DNA from: Candidatus Limnocylindrales bacterium
GTDB taxonomy: Bacteria; Chloroflexota; Limnocylindria; Limnocylindrales; CSP1-4
Direction: 5' to 3'
NCBI GenBank assembly: GCA_038329515.1
Contig: JBBQNA010000003.1
Location: forward strand, 1 to 56,372
DNA length: 56,372 nt
Part shown: positions 18,372 to 27,403 of the stretch, piece after piece
How positions within the stretch are numbered: the first letter of the stretch is position 1
How the letters are laid out: each line of letters opens with the position of its first letter
Program-made: the position numbers and the translations under genes
The notes under the pieces: model-generated
The model's database searches: none
What the model was told of the DNA's origin: nothing
What the model saw: only the letters and a program-made list of their open reading frames with translations

Positions 18372-18925
18372 ACCATCACTTCCCGGACATAGCCGGGTAG
18401 CAGGATGCCAAGGATCGAGCCGAGCGCGGGGATGAGGGTGTCGGCGATGCCGCTGCCGATCTGGGAGTCATGGAGCAGCGCGGTGTACATGTCCCGGGTC
18501 CAATCCGGACCGACGACGGTCTCGGCCCCTGGGGGTCCGGCGTATGCCGTGGCGAGGATGGTGATGGCGCCCGCGATGCTGAGCACTGCCACGAACGCCA
18601 TCAGGGCGCCCGAACCAACGTCGTCGAGCAGGCGGTACTTGGTGACGCCCTGGGGCCCCCGGATGCCGATCCAGGTAAGGATGAGGGCGACGGCGAGGCC
18701 CGCGACGTACAGGATCGCGAACGCCGCCATGTCGTTCCAGTCCGCGCTGTAGGAGTTCCACTGGTTGGCGAGGTAGTCACCCACTGGCACGCTGAGGATC
18801 GCCGCCAGCACGAACGCGACGAACCAGCCAGCGAGCATCAGCAGGCTGCGGATGACGCCCCACAGGAAGCCCAGCAGGAACGCGCCCGCGATGATGAGCA
18901 CCAGCACGATGTCAACGCTGGTCAT
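18368..18925 (-). CDS. cvpA: CvpA family membrane protein
   Basis: DIVLVLII..AFLLGFLWGVIRSL pattern with about four hydrophobic segments; it sits between pheT and mutS2, a known cvpA context. Confidence 0.8.
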   Translation of the reverse strand: MTSVDIVLVLIIAGAFLLGFLWGVIRSLLMLAGWFVAFVLAAILSVPVGDYLANQWNSYSADWNDMAAFAILYVAGLAVALILTWIGIRGPQGVTKYRLLDDVGSGALMAFVAVLSIAGAITILATAYAGPPGAETVVGPDWTRDMYTALLHDSQIGSGIADTLIPALGSILGILLPGYVREVMV

Positions 18926-18958
18926 TGGATCCTCGGTCGGTGCACGGGGCGAACCCTA

Positions 18959-21433
18959 TCAGGCCCGTCTGCGTGCGCCAAGACGTTGCTGCACCGCAAC
19001 CTCGATGGCTATGAGCCATTCGTTCAGTCTGGCGTCATCGACCGGCTGCTCCCCGGGCTCGAAACGGAGTCGCCATGTCAGCCCGACCTCGTCCGCTGCC
19101 AGCGGCGGTCCCTGATAGCGATCGATGAGCGTGCTCGTGGCGAGGTGGGGCCCGCCCAGCTCCGCGATGATGGCGCCCATCTCGCCGGCGGGCTGCCGCA
19201 GCCCGGTGACGAAGCCCAGATCGCGCTCCACGGGTGGCAGCCGCTCCAGGTCACCGACGCGCAGCTGTGCGGGGACCAGCCGTGCCAGGCCCGCCAGCTC
19301 CAGCTCCACGAACACCACGTGAACGGCCCGCACCTCGTACGCCGCGAGCAAGCCAGGATGGATCTCACCGACGCGACCGAGCACCATGCGCTCGTCACGG
19401 GGCAGGTCGACCACGATGGTGGCCGTGCGCCCGGGATGATCCACACCGGGCCGGATGGGTGCGGGCTCGTAGCGCAGCCCCGGGTGTCCGAGCCGGGCAA
19501 GGAGCGTCTCCACGAGGCCCTTGCCATCGGCGAGGTCCCAGGTCCTGGTCGTCGTTGCCCAGCTCACCGGGTCCGCCGAGCCGACGAGGAGCATCGTGAC
19601 GAGGGCCGTCTCGTGGGGCATGCCGGCACGTCGCTCATGCACCGGACCGTGCTCGAAGATGGCCACGTCGTGACGCCGCTGGCGCTCGTTGTCCACGACC
19701 ACGCGCAGCAGGCCGGGCAGCATCGATCGGCGCAGCTCGGAGTGCTCGATCGTCACTGGATTCAACGCCCGGATGGTTGCCTCGTCCTCCCGAGCGATGC
19801 CGAGGCGTGCGTGGTCCTCAGGGCCGATGAGGCCGTGCGTCACGACCTCCGTCAGGCCTCGACCGGCCAGCAGGTCCCGGACGCGATCCTGGAGCCGATG
19901 CGGGTCCAGCCGGAACGCAGGCATGGCGGACTCAGGCAGGGTGCCCGGGATGCTCTCGTAGTCCCGGACGCGAGCGATCTCCTCGGTGATGTCGGCCTCG
20001 ATGACGAGGTCACGGCGGTGGCCCGGGATGATGGCCACCAGCGCATCTGCTTCGGCCGGGCCAAGGGGCACGTCGTGTCCGGACGTGGTGACGCGCACGA
20101 TGTCATCGGCCGTCGCCGGCTCCGTCGTGACCTCCACGCGGCCGAGGAGGGCCACCTGCTCAGCGGTCGGGATGTCGAGACCCAGCAGTCGCGAAACACG
20201 CCCTGGCCGGAATGGCACGCGCGCGGGTGCCCGCTCGACGGGATCGCTATCGATGGCCCCGGTCGCGGCACGACCACCGGCCCAGGCAAGGATGAGCTGC
20301 GCGGCGCGGTCCGCTCCGATGCGCGCGAGCCGGTGCTCCTGGCCCTTCTCGAACCGGAGGCTGGCCTCGCTCCGCAGGGCGTACCGGAACGCGGAGCGAC
20401 GGATGTTCACGGCATCGAAGATGGCCGATTCCACGACGATCGTCGTGGTGCTCTCGCTGATCTCGCTGGTGAGGCCGCCCATGATGCCCGCCATGGCCAG
20501 CGGGCCGGCAGGGTCCGCGATGAGCAGGACGTCCGGGTCCAGCGACCGCTCCACGTGGTCCAGGGTCGTGAGGACCTCGCCCGCGCTGGCGCCGCGCACG
20601 ATCAGGCGACCGTCCGTGATGGCACTGGCATCGAAGGTATGGATGGGCTTGCCCAGCTCCAGCATCACGTAGTTGCTGGCATCGACGACGTTGCTGATGG
20701 GTCGTACACCGGCTGCCAGGAGCCGCCGCCCGACCGCGAAGGGTGATGGACCGACGGTCACGCCGTCCAGGTAGCGGGCCACGAACCGGGGGCAGCGGCG
20801 GATGTCCTGGACGTCCACGGACAGGTGGTCGGCAGTCGCGTCACCCGACTCGACGACCACGATCTCCGGCCAGCGCAGACGCACGCTGGTCGCTGCCGCG
20901 ACCTCCCGAGCGAGGCCGACGATGGACAACGCATCGCCCCGATTGGGCTTGACGTCCACATCCAGGACCACATCTCCCACGAGGGACTCGAGGGGCACGC
21001 CGAGGGGCGTATCAGCGGGCAGGATGAGGATGCCGTCCGCATCCGAGGACAGACCCAGCTCGTCCCCCGAGCAGAGCATGCCCTGGCTCTCGACGCCAGC
21101 CAGGCGCGCCAGGCCGATGTGCCGGTCGCCCGGCAGCACGGCACCCACGAGCGCCACGGGCACCCGCTGGCCGACCGCGATGTTGGTCGCACCACACACG
21201 ATGGACAGGCTCGGCTCGCCCTCCCCCACCGTGACCGTCGTCAGCGACAGCCGCGTGGAGTTGGGGTGCCGGTCCACGGCCAGCAGCTCGCCGACCACGA
21301 CACGGGTCCAGCTCGTGCCCAGGCGGTCGATGCCCTTGACCTCCATGCCCAGGACGGTCAGCCGTTCGGCGAGCGCCTCCGGCGACAGGTCGATGTCGAC
21401 GTATTCCCGAAGCCACGACAGGGGCACGCGCAT
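18959..21433 (-). CDS. pheT: Phenylalanine--tRNA ligase beta subunit
   Basis: MRVPLSWLREYV, IVCGATN, SQGMLCS, PNRGDALS, RFEKG, RRDL..EADITEEIARV. Confidence 0.97.
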   Translation of the reverse strand: MRVPLSWLREYVDIDLSPEALAERLTVLGMEVKGIDRLGTSWTRVVVGELLAVDRHPNSTRLSLTTVTVGEGEPSLSIVCGATNIAVGQRVPVALVGAVLPGDRHIGLARLAGVESQGMLCSGDELGLSSDADGILILPADTPLGVPLESLVGDVVLDVDVKPNRGDALSIVGLAREVAAATSVRLRWPEIVVVESGDATADHLSVDVQDIRRCPRFVARYLDGVTVGPSPFAVGRRLLAAGVRPISNVVDASNYVMLELGKPIHTFDASAITDGRLIVRGASAGEVLTTLDHVERSLDPDVLLIADPAGPLAMAGIMGGLTSEISESTTTIVVESAIFDAVNIRRSAFRYALRSEASLRFEKGQEHRLARIGADRAAQLILAWAGGRAATGAIDSDPVERAPARVPFRPGRVSRLLGLDIPTAEQVALLGRVEVTTEPATADDIVRVTTSGHDVPLGPAEADALVAIIPGHRRDLVIEADITEEIARVRDYESIPGTLPESAMPAFRLDPHRLQDRVRDLLAGRGLTEVVTHGLIGPEDHARLGIAREDEATIRALNPVTIEHSELRRSMLPGLLRVVVDNERQRRHDVAIFEHGPVHERRAGMPHETALVTMLLVGSADPVSWATTTRTWDLADGKGLVETLLARLGHPGLRYEPAPIRPGVDHPGRTATIVVDLPRDERMVLGRVGEIHPGLLAAYEVRAVHVVFVELELAGLARLVPAQLRVGDLERLPPVERDLGFVTGLRQPAGEMGAIIAELGGPHLATSTLIDRYQGPPLAADEVGLTWRLRFEPGEQPVDDARLNEWLIAIEVAVQQRLGARRRA

Positions 21434-21435
21434 GA

Positions 21436-22518
21436 CTAGAAGCGCTCCACGAAGCGGAGGTCATTGGCCAGGAAGGCGCGGATATCCCGGATGGCGTAGC
21501 GCAGCATGGTGATGCGATCGGTCCCCATGCCGAACGCGAAGCCCTGGTAACGCTCCGGGTCGATGCCGCCGTTGACGAGCACGATGGGATGCACCATGCC
21601 CGCCCCCAGGATGGTCATCCAGCCACTGCGGCCGCAGGCGGGGCATCCGGAGCCGTCGCACACCACGCACTGGATGTCGAAGGCCACCGAGGGCTCCGTG
21701 AACGGGTAGTAACCGGGCCGGAACCGGGTCGGTCGACCGGCACCGAACATGGCATGCGCGAACGCGTCCAGGAGGCCCCGGAGGGTCGCCATGCTGGTGC
21801 CTTCGTCGACCATGAGTCCCTCGACCTGGAAGAACTCGAAGCCATGGCTGGCGTCCACCTGCTCGTAGCGGTAGCAGCGGCCCGGCGTCAGGATGCGGAT
21901 GGGTGGCTCCGACGCGCGCATGGCACGGATCTGACCGGGTGACGTATGGGTCCGCAGCAGCCAGCGAGCGGTGTCGGATGTCGCTGCCGTATCAGCACCG
22001 GCGCCCGTCGCCGGTTCAGCGACATAGATGGTGTCCCACAGGTCCCGTGCCGGATGGTCGGCGGGGATGTTGAGTGCCTCGAAGTTGAGTGCGTCGGTCT
22101 CGACCTCCGGGCTATCCACGACCACGAAGCCGAACTGGCCGAGGACGCGCGCGATCTCCCGCTCTGTCTCACGGATGGGATGCAGGCCGCCCCGCCACGA
22201 CGCTCGCCCGGGCAGCGTGACATCCTCCCGTTCCTCGGCCAGGCGGACCTCGAGCGCGATGGACTCCAGCCGGTCCCGGCGGGTCGCGATGGCGGCTTCG
22301 ATAGCCTCCCGGACGGGGTTGGCCATGGCCCCGATCTGGGGCCGGTCCTCCGCCGGCAGCCCACCGATACCCGCCATCAGGGCGCGCAGGGCTCCCTTCC
22401 GGCCGAGTACCTCGGTGTCTACCGAGGCCAGTGCGTCAGGGGTCGTCGCAGCCGCGACCGCAGCCAGCGCCCGATCCCTCAGGGCGTCCAGCTGGGCACG
22501 GAACGATGCCAGGTCCAC
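21436..22518 (-). CDS. pheS: Phenylalanine--tRNA ligase alpha subunit
   Basis: NFEALNIPADHPARD, LRTHTSP, FRPGYYPFTEPS, GAGMVHP, GFAFGMG. Confidence 0.97.
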   Translation of the reverse strand: MDLASFRAQLDALRDRALAAVAAATTPDALASVDTEVLGRKGALRALMAGIGGLPAEDRPQIGAMANPVREAIEAAIATRRDRLESIALEVRLAEEREDVTLPGRASWRGGLHPIRETEREIARVLGQFGFVVVDSPEVETDALNFEALNIPADHPARDLWDTIYVAEPATGAGADTAATSDTARWLLRTHTSPGQIRAMRASEPPIRILTPGRCYRYEQVDASHGFEFFQVEGLMVDEGTSMATLRGLLDAFAHAMFGAGRPTRFRPGYYPFTEPSVAFDIQCVVCDGSGCPACGRSGWMTILGAGMVHPIVLVNGGIDPERYQGFAFGMGTDRITMLRYAIRDIRAFLANDLRFVERF

Positions 22519-22538
22519 GATGCGGGGTGCCCCGGCGG

Positions 22539-22889
22539 CTACTGGGCCTTCGCGACCTCGACGATGCGCGTGAACGTAGCCGCATCGCGCACGGCGACAT
22601 CAGCCAGGATCTTGCGGTCGAGTGCGATGCCGGCGTCCTTGAGGGCGCGGATGAACTTGCTGTACGTGATGCCGTTCAGCCGGGCTGCCGCATTGAGACG
22701 GACGATCCAGAGGGCGCGCAACTGCCGCTTGCGCTCCTTGCGGCCGCGGTATGCGTAGGCAAGGGCGTGCAACTGCGCTTCGCGCGCCGGCTTGATGAGC
22801 TTCGAACGGGTGCCTCGTCGACCTTCGGCATCCTTGAGCAGCCGCTTGTGCCGCTTGTGTGCCGCGACGCCGCGCTTGACGCGTGCCAT
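22539..22889 (-). CDS. rplT: 50S ribosomal protein L20
   Basis: MARVKRG..., [34 protein letters not shown]. Confidence 0.98.
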   Translation of the reverse strand: MARVKRGVAAHKRHKRLLKDAEGRRGTRSKLIKPAREAQLHALAYAYRGRKERKRQLRALWIVRLNAAARLNGITYSKFIRALKDAGIALDRKILADVAVRDAATFTRIVEVAKAQ

Positions 22890-22898
22890 CTCGTACTC

Positions 22899-23096
22899 CT
22901 AGAGGTAAGGCAGCAGGCGCTGGATAGCGCGCGCACTGGTGGGATCGACGAGCGCCTTGCCCGCGTAGCGACGGGTCCGGCTGGAGGACTTGATCTCCAG
23001 GTGGTGACCGCGCCAGGACTTCACACGGTAGACCTTGCCGGTGCCGGTCTTGCCGAAGCGCTTGGCGGCGCCCTTGTGGGTCTTCATCTTGGGCAT
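22899..23096 (-). CDS. rpmI: 50S ribosomal protein L35
   Basis: MPKMKTHKGAAKRF...LLPY; located between infC and rplT. Confidence 0.97.
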   Translation of the reverse strand: MPKMKTHKGAAKRFGKTGTGKVYRVKSWRGHHLEIKSSSRTRRYAGKALVDPTSARAIQRLLPYL

Positions 23097-23101
23097 CTGG
23101 C

Positions 23102-23719
23102 TCAGCCTCCTGCCGCCGGTGCTGCCGGGGGCGGATCGATGGGAGCCGGCGGTGGCGGGGCCCCCTCGGGAGCGGCCTCGTCGCGCGTCGGCGTCTGGAT
23201 GATCTTCGGTTTGTGTGTTGACGCCACGGTCATGGACATCGACTTGCCTTCCAGCAACGGCTGCCGGTCGACCGTTCCGTGGTCCTTGATGTCGTCCCCG
23301 AACCGTGTCAGCAGGTCTCGCCCGATGTAGGCGTGACTCACCTCGCGGCCGCGGAACTGCACCGTGACCTTCACCCGGTCGCCGTCTTCCAGGAACTCGA
23401 TCGCACGACGGACCTTGGTGTCGAAGTCGCCCTTGCCGATCTTCGGCTTGAGGCGGATCTCCTTGAACTCGACGGAACGCTGGTTCCGACGGGCTTCCTT
23501 CTCCTTGCGCGCCTGTTCGTACTTGAACTGGCCATAGTCGAGGAACTTGACGACGGGCGGGGCCGCTGTGGGGGCAACCTCTACAAGGTCGTATCCCCGC
23601 TCCTGCGCGGTCTGGAGGGCCTGGAACGTGGGCATCACGCCAAGCTGGCTTCCGTCTTCGTCGACGACCCGGACATTCGGGACACGGATCATCTCGTTGA
23701 TGCGCAGGTCTTTGCTCAG
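23102..23719 (-). CDS. infC: Translation initiation factor IF-3 (probable non-canonical CTG start)
   Basis: RINEMIRVPNVRVV, DLVEVAP, DYGQFKYE, KEIRLKPKI, FRGRE. GGTGAGGG lies 7 nt before CTG at 23719; the alternative ATG at 23752 has no SD. Confidence 0.95.
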   Translation of the reverse strand: MSKDLRINEMIRVPNVRVVDEDGSQLGVMPTFQALQTAQERGYDLVEVAPTAAPPVVKFLDYGQFKYEQARKEKEARRNQRSVEFKEIRLKPKIGKGDFDTKVRRAIEFLEDGDRVKVTVQFRGREVSHAYIGRDLLTRFGDDIKDHGTVDRQPLLEGKSMSMTVASTHKPKIIQTPTRDEAAPEGAPPPPAPIDPPPAAPAAGG

Positions 23720-23756
23720 ACTGGTTCCCTCACCGATACGTTCCGACGACATGCAG

Positions 23757-23811
23757 CGGCTCCCGCGCCCACGTTGAGACAGCGGTGCCGACTGGCTGGG
23801 GGACTATAGCA
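23757..23811 (-). promoter_or_regulatory. infC promoter (extended -10 TGCTATAGT) and putative L20-binding leader
   Basis: TGCTATAGT at 23811-23803. The leader CGGCACCGCUGUCUCAACGUGGGCGCGGGAGCCG folds with CGGC/GCCG and CCGC/GCGG stems and resembles the GCACCCGCUUCUCA segment I recall from L20 leaders. Confidence 0.55.
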
Positions 23812-23843
23812 CGCTCCTTCGAGGCCTCGCAACGGCACCCGGC

Positions 23844-25013
23844 TCAGAACCATGGGCCGGCACCGGTCCACCATTCCTGGAGCACTTCGTACGAGCCGGA
23901 GGACTCGACAGCCGAGCCGATGACGAGCAGGTCCCGACCGGTCCAGACGATACGCGCCCCACCACTGAGTGGGTCGGCGTAGCACGCGATCTCACCAGCG
24001 GTGATATCGCCGATCGTGTATGAGGTCCGGGCGGGGCCGACGCTGCAGGTTGGGCCAGCAAGTCCCGGCGCATCACCGTCCAGGAACGCCTCGAACGCGG
24101 CCTGCATGCTGGCGAGGCTGTCGAATCGATAGTACTCGGCCACCTCGCTGGTGCCGGGGGCTGTGCAGTGGACGGCGTCGACCATGCCACGGGTCAGGCC
24201 AGGGCTGACTGCCAGGCAGGACGCCCGCAGCTCATCCGGGACCTGGGACAGCAGCGTCGCCGTCCTGGCACTCGTGTCGGTCCCGACGGTGCTACGGGGT
24301 GCGTAGTCGCCGGACCAGACCGCGACGTCATCGAAGGTGGCCGTCCACCCATCCGAGCCGCCTTCGGCGAGTAGTCCCACGGTGTCGAATCGACCCATCT
24401 GCTCACCCGACACGACATCAGCCACAAGGGTCCCATCGACCCACAGGGCGACCCGGTCTGCGCCGGCGCCATCGGTGGCGCACTCGATGCGCAAACGGGG
24501 AGCCTGGCCCGGGACATGCCCCACGCGTTCGGACATCGCAGACTTGACGAGGTCCTGTGGCCGTGAGTCCGTGATGATGCCGATCGCGGCGTCACCAGTG
24601 GTGGAGATCGTGCCGTAGTAGTACCTTGGCGCCGTGCCGCTCACGCCGCACATCGGTCCTGCCGACCCGCTCCCCTCGGCGAGGTCCACCGAGGCAACGG
24701 TCGCGAAGACCGGCGCCGAGCCGGTGAAGGTCAGGGCGTTCCAGCGCAACTTGCTGGGCTGCGGCGTGAACACCAGGGCACCGTCGAGGTACTCGATCGT
24801 CCCCTGCGGCGCCGGTGCCGTGCTCCACTGCTGGTCGCCCTCGAAGTCGTCCTCCAGGGCGATGTCTGTGACCCCCAGGGTCGCGAGGTGTGCGTCACGG
24901 TCCCCTGGAGACGGTGTCTGGGCGACAGCCGGCACGGCCGCGCCCACCATGCCCAGAGCGAACGCGCATGCGATCGGCCAGTGCGGCGGCCGTATCCGTG
25001 ACCGACGGTTCAT
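23844..25013 (-). CDS. Hypothetical exported protein (signal peptide, beta-rich N-terminal domain, Cys-containing C-terminal domain)
   Basis: Basic N-terminus plus hydrophobic stretch ending AVA-Q; long ORF co-oriented with its neighbours; paired cysteines in the C-terminal part. Confidence 0.75.
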   Translation of the reverse strand: MNRRSRIRPPHWPIACAFALGMVGAAVPAVAQTPSPGDRDAHLATLGVTDIALEDDFEGDQQWSTAPAPQGTIEYLDGALVFTPQPSKLRWNALTFTGSAPVFATVASVDLAEGSGSAGPMCGVSGTAPRYYYGTISTTGDAAIGIITDSRPQDLVKSAMSERVGHVPGQAPRLRIECATDGAGADRVALWVDGTLVADVVSGEQMGRFDTVGLLAEGGSDGWTATFDDVAVWSGDYAPRSTVGTDTSARTATLLSQVPDELRASCLAVSPGLTRGMVDAVHCTAPGTSEVAEYYRFDSLASMQAAFEAFLDGDAPGLAGPTCSVGPARTSYTIGDITAGEIACYADPLSGGARIVWTGRDLLVIGSAVESSGSYEVLQEWWTGAGPWF

Positions 25014-25141
25014 CGAGTGGCCCCCCACGCGTGCAGCCGGAAACGCGGGCGCGAACCGGTCGGCACACGATAGCCCACCATCGGGATGTCCTCAGCCATG
25101 GCGCCGGCACTGTGTGGTCCGCTGCCGACCCGCCGATCCTT

Positions 25142-26998
25142 TCAACCAGGCGCGCGGTCCGATGCCTCGGTCGCGAGACGGTCCGCGAGAACGTCCCAGT
25201 CGAGTGCCGGCTGCTGCTCACCTGCCCGGGTGCGGGCCGCCGCGGTGCGACCTTCGATCTCACGATCGCCGAGTACCAGCATGTAGGGCACCTTCTGTTC
25301 CTGGGCGACCCGGATCTTGTTCTGCATCCGGTTGGACGAGTCATCGACCTCGACCCGGATACCCCGCGATCGCAGCACGCCCGCCAGCTCCCCTGCCGCG
25401 TCGTTGTGGCGGTCCGCGATGGGCACCACTACCGCCTGAACGGGTGCACACCAGAACGGGAAGGCGCCCGCGAAGTGCTCCACGAGGATGCCGATGAACC
25501 GTTCCAGGGAGCCGTAGATGGCGCGATGGATGGCGATGGGCCGCTGGGGCTGGCCCGCGTCATCGATGTAGCTCAGGTCGAAGCGCTCGGGCAGCATCAT
25601 CAGGTCCACCTGGATGGTGGCCATCTGCCATTCACGGCCAAGCGCGTCATCGATATAGATGTCGATCTTGGGTGCGTAGAACGTGCCGTCCTTAGGCTTC
25701 ACGACGTAGCTCACGCCGGCCGTGTCCAGGGCCTCCTTGATGAGACCCTCGGCACGCGCCCAGACCTCCGGATCCCCGAGTGCCTTGTCCGGCCGCGTCG
25801 CGAACGCGAAGCGGGGTACCAGCCCGAACCAGGAGTACGCCTCCGCCACCTCGCCCAGCAGTGCCTGGATCTCGCCGCTCAGCTGGTCCGGGCGCACGAA
25901 GATGTGTGCGTCGTCCTGGATGAAGTGGCGCACGCGGGTCAGTCCGGAGAGCGATCCCGAGCGCTCGTTGCGATGGAGCCGGCCATACTCGTTGAAGCGC
26001 AACGGCAGGTCCCGGTAGGAGCGCACGCGCGTCTTGTAGATGAAGGTGCTCTCGGGGCAGTTCATGGGCTTGAGGCTGAAGGTCTGGCCCTCCGACTCCA
26101 CCCGGAACATGTTGTCGCCATACATGTCCCAGTGACCCGACTGCTCCCACAGCTTGCGGTGGACCAGGATGGGGGTGCTGATCTCCTGGTAGCCGCGGCG
26201 TTCCTGCAGCTCGCGCATGGAGCCTTCCAGGGTCCGCCACAGCTTCTGGCCCTTGGGGTGCCAGAAGGCGGAGCCGGGACTCACATCGTGGAAGCTGAAC
26301 AGGTCCAGCGCGACGCCCAGACGCCGGTGGTCACGCTTGCGCGCCTCCTCGCGGCGCCACAGGTAGAGATCGAGCTCCTCCTGGGTATCCCAGACGGTGC
26401 CGTACACCCGCTGGAGCATCGGCCGGTCCTCATGGCCGCGCCAGTACGCCGCAGAGAACGACAGCAGCTTGAAGGGACCGATCTTGCCCGTGGAGGCCAC
26501 GTGCGGGCCGCGGCATAGGTCGATGAAGGGTCCCTGTTGGTACGTGGACACGACCGGTGGTTCGCTGCCCGACAGCCGGGCCGCCGTGCGCAGATCATCC
26601 AGGATCTCGATCTTGTAGCCCTGGCCCTGCTGCTCCAGGAAGGCGCGCCCTTCGTCCGGGTCCCACTCCGTGCGCACGAACGGATGATCCGCGGCGATGG
26701 ACTCGCGCATGCGCGCCTCGATGGCGGCAAGGTCCTCCGGCACGAGTGCGCGCGGAAGGTCGAAGTCGTAGTAGAAGCCATCCTTGATGGCGGGGCCGAT
26801 GCCCAACCGGGTACCCGGAAAGAGGTCCATCACGGCCTCCGCCATCACGTGCGCCGTGGAATGGCGCATGGGGTCCAGCGGGCCATGGGCGTTGGCGTCC
26901 AGCAGCTCCTCCGCGGAACCCTTCTCGGGTACCAGGAAGTCGAGGTCGTCGCTGGGATCCGGGTCAGGTGCCGCGGCGCCGACTGCGGGGTTACTCAT
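25142..26998 (-). CDS. thrS: Threonine--tRNA ligase
   Basis: RHSTAHVMA, IGPAIKDGFYYD, DLCRGPH, RDHRRLG, KPMNCP, HRNERSG, FYAPKID, HRAIYGSLERF. Confidence 0.98.
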   Translation of the reverse strand: MSNPAVGAAAPDPDPSDDLDFLVPEKGSAEELLDANAHGPLDPMRHSTAHVMAEAVMDLFPGTRLGIGPAIKDGFYYDFDLPRALVPEDLAAIEARMRESIAADHPFVRTEWDPDEGRAFLEQQGQGYKIEILDDLRTAARLSGSEPPVVSTYQQGPFIDLCRGPHVASTGKIGPFKLLSFSAAYWRGHEDRPMLQRVYGTVWDTQEELDLYLWRREEARKRDHRRLGVALDLFSFHDVSPGSAFWHPKGQKLWRTLEGSMRELQERRGYQEISTPILVHRKLWEQSGHWDMYGDNMFRVESEGQTFSLKPMNCPESTFIYKTRVRSYRDLPLRFNEYGRLHRNERSGSLSGLTRVRHFIQDDAHIFVRPDQLSGEIQALLGEVAEAYSWFGLVPRFAFATRPDKALGDPEVWARAEGLIKEALDTAGVSYVVKPKDGTFYAPKIDIYIDDALGREWQMATIQVDLMMLPERFDLSYIDDAGQPQRPIAIHRAIYGSLERFIGILVEHFAGAFPFWCAPVQAVVVPIADRHNDAAGELAGVLRSRGIRVEVDDSSNRMQNKIRVAQEQKVPYMLVLGDREIEGRTAAARTRAGEQQPALDWDVLADRLATEASDRAPG

Positions 26999-27000
26999 CT

Positions 27001-27257
27001 GGGTGCCTCCGGGGATGACAGGATGCTGCTCGCCTTCGACAGGACGAGAGGCATGCCTCCCGCGGTCCCACCCGCCTTCGCCGGTCTCGCTGTGTCCAGC
27101 CGACCTTGCGCACTCTGCTCGCGATCACGGGCGAGTCCCGGGCCGGTTCACCGGCCGCTCACGGGTGGTACGTCACGGACCTGGTGACCACCCCGGCTTG
27201 CAGCCACGACCGGGGCTCTCTGGGGTCAGGTGCCGCGACGCGTGTCCCGATCGACGC
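27001..27257 (-). promoter_or_regulatory. T-box riboswitch with Thr specifier (ACC), probably translational
   Basis: On the - strand: T-box GGCGGGUGGGACCGCG (27076-27061) pairing with CGUCCUGUC. Stem I has an AGAGAG bulge, a GGCUGCAA distal loop and the specifier ACC at 27169-27167. It precedes thrS. Confidence 0.9.
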
Positions 27258-27272
27258 GTTGCTGTGTGAGAT

Positions 27273-27349
27273 TGGTGGGCGACACTGGACTCGAACCAGT
27301 GACCTCTTGCATGTCAAGCAAGTGCTCTAACCAGCTGAGCTAGCCGCCC
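27273..27349 (-). tRNA. tRNA-Val(GAC)
   Basis: GGGCGGCTAGCTCAGCTGGTTAGAGCACTTGCTTGACATGCAAGAGGTCACTGGTTCGAGTCCAGTGTCGCCCACCA: full cloverleaf, anticodon GAC, encoded CCA. An extended -10 TGGTACCAT lies at 27372-27364. Confidence 0.98.
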
Positions 27350-27403
27350 TTCGTGGGAGCGGCATGGTACCAGAACGGCCCATGCCCCTCCCGCTGCCTG
27401 GTG

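Noticed and set aside
27273-27349. tRNA as an integration site for a genomic island
   Set aside because: No integrase and no duplicated tRNA 3' end in the window; the T-box and thrS follow directly.
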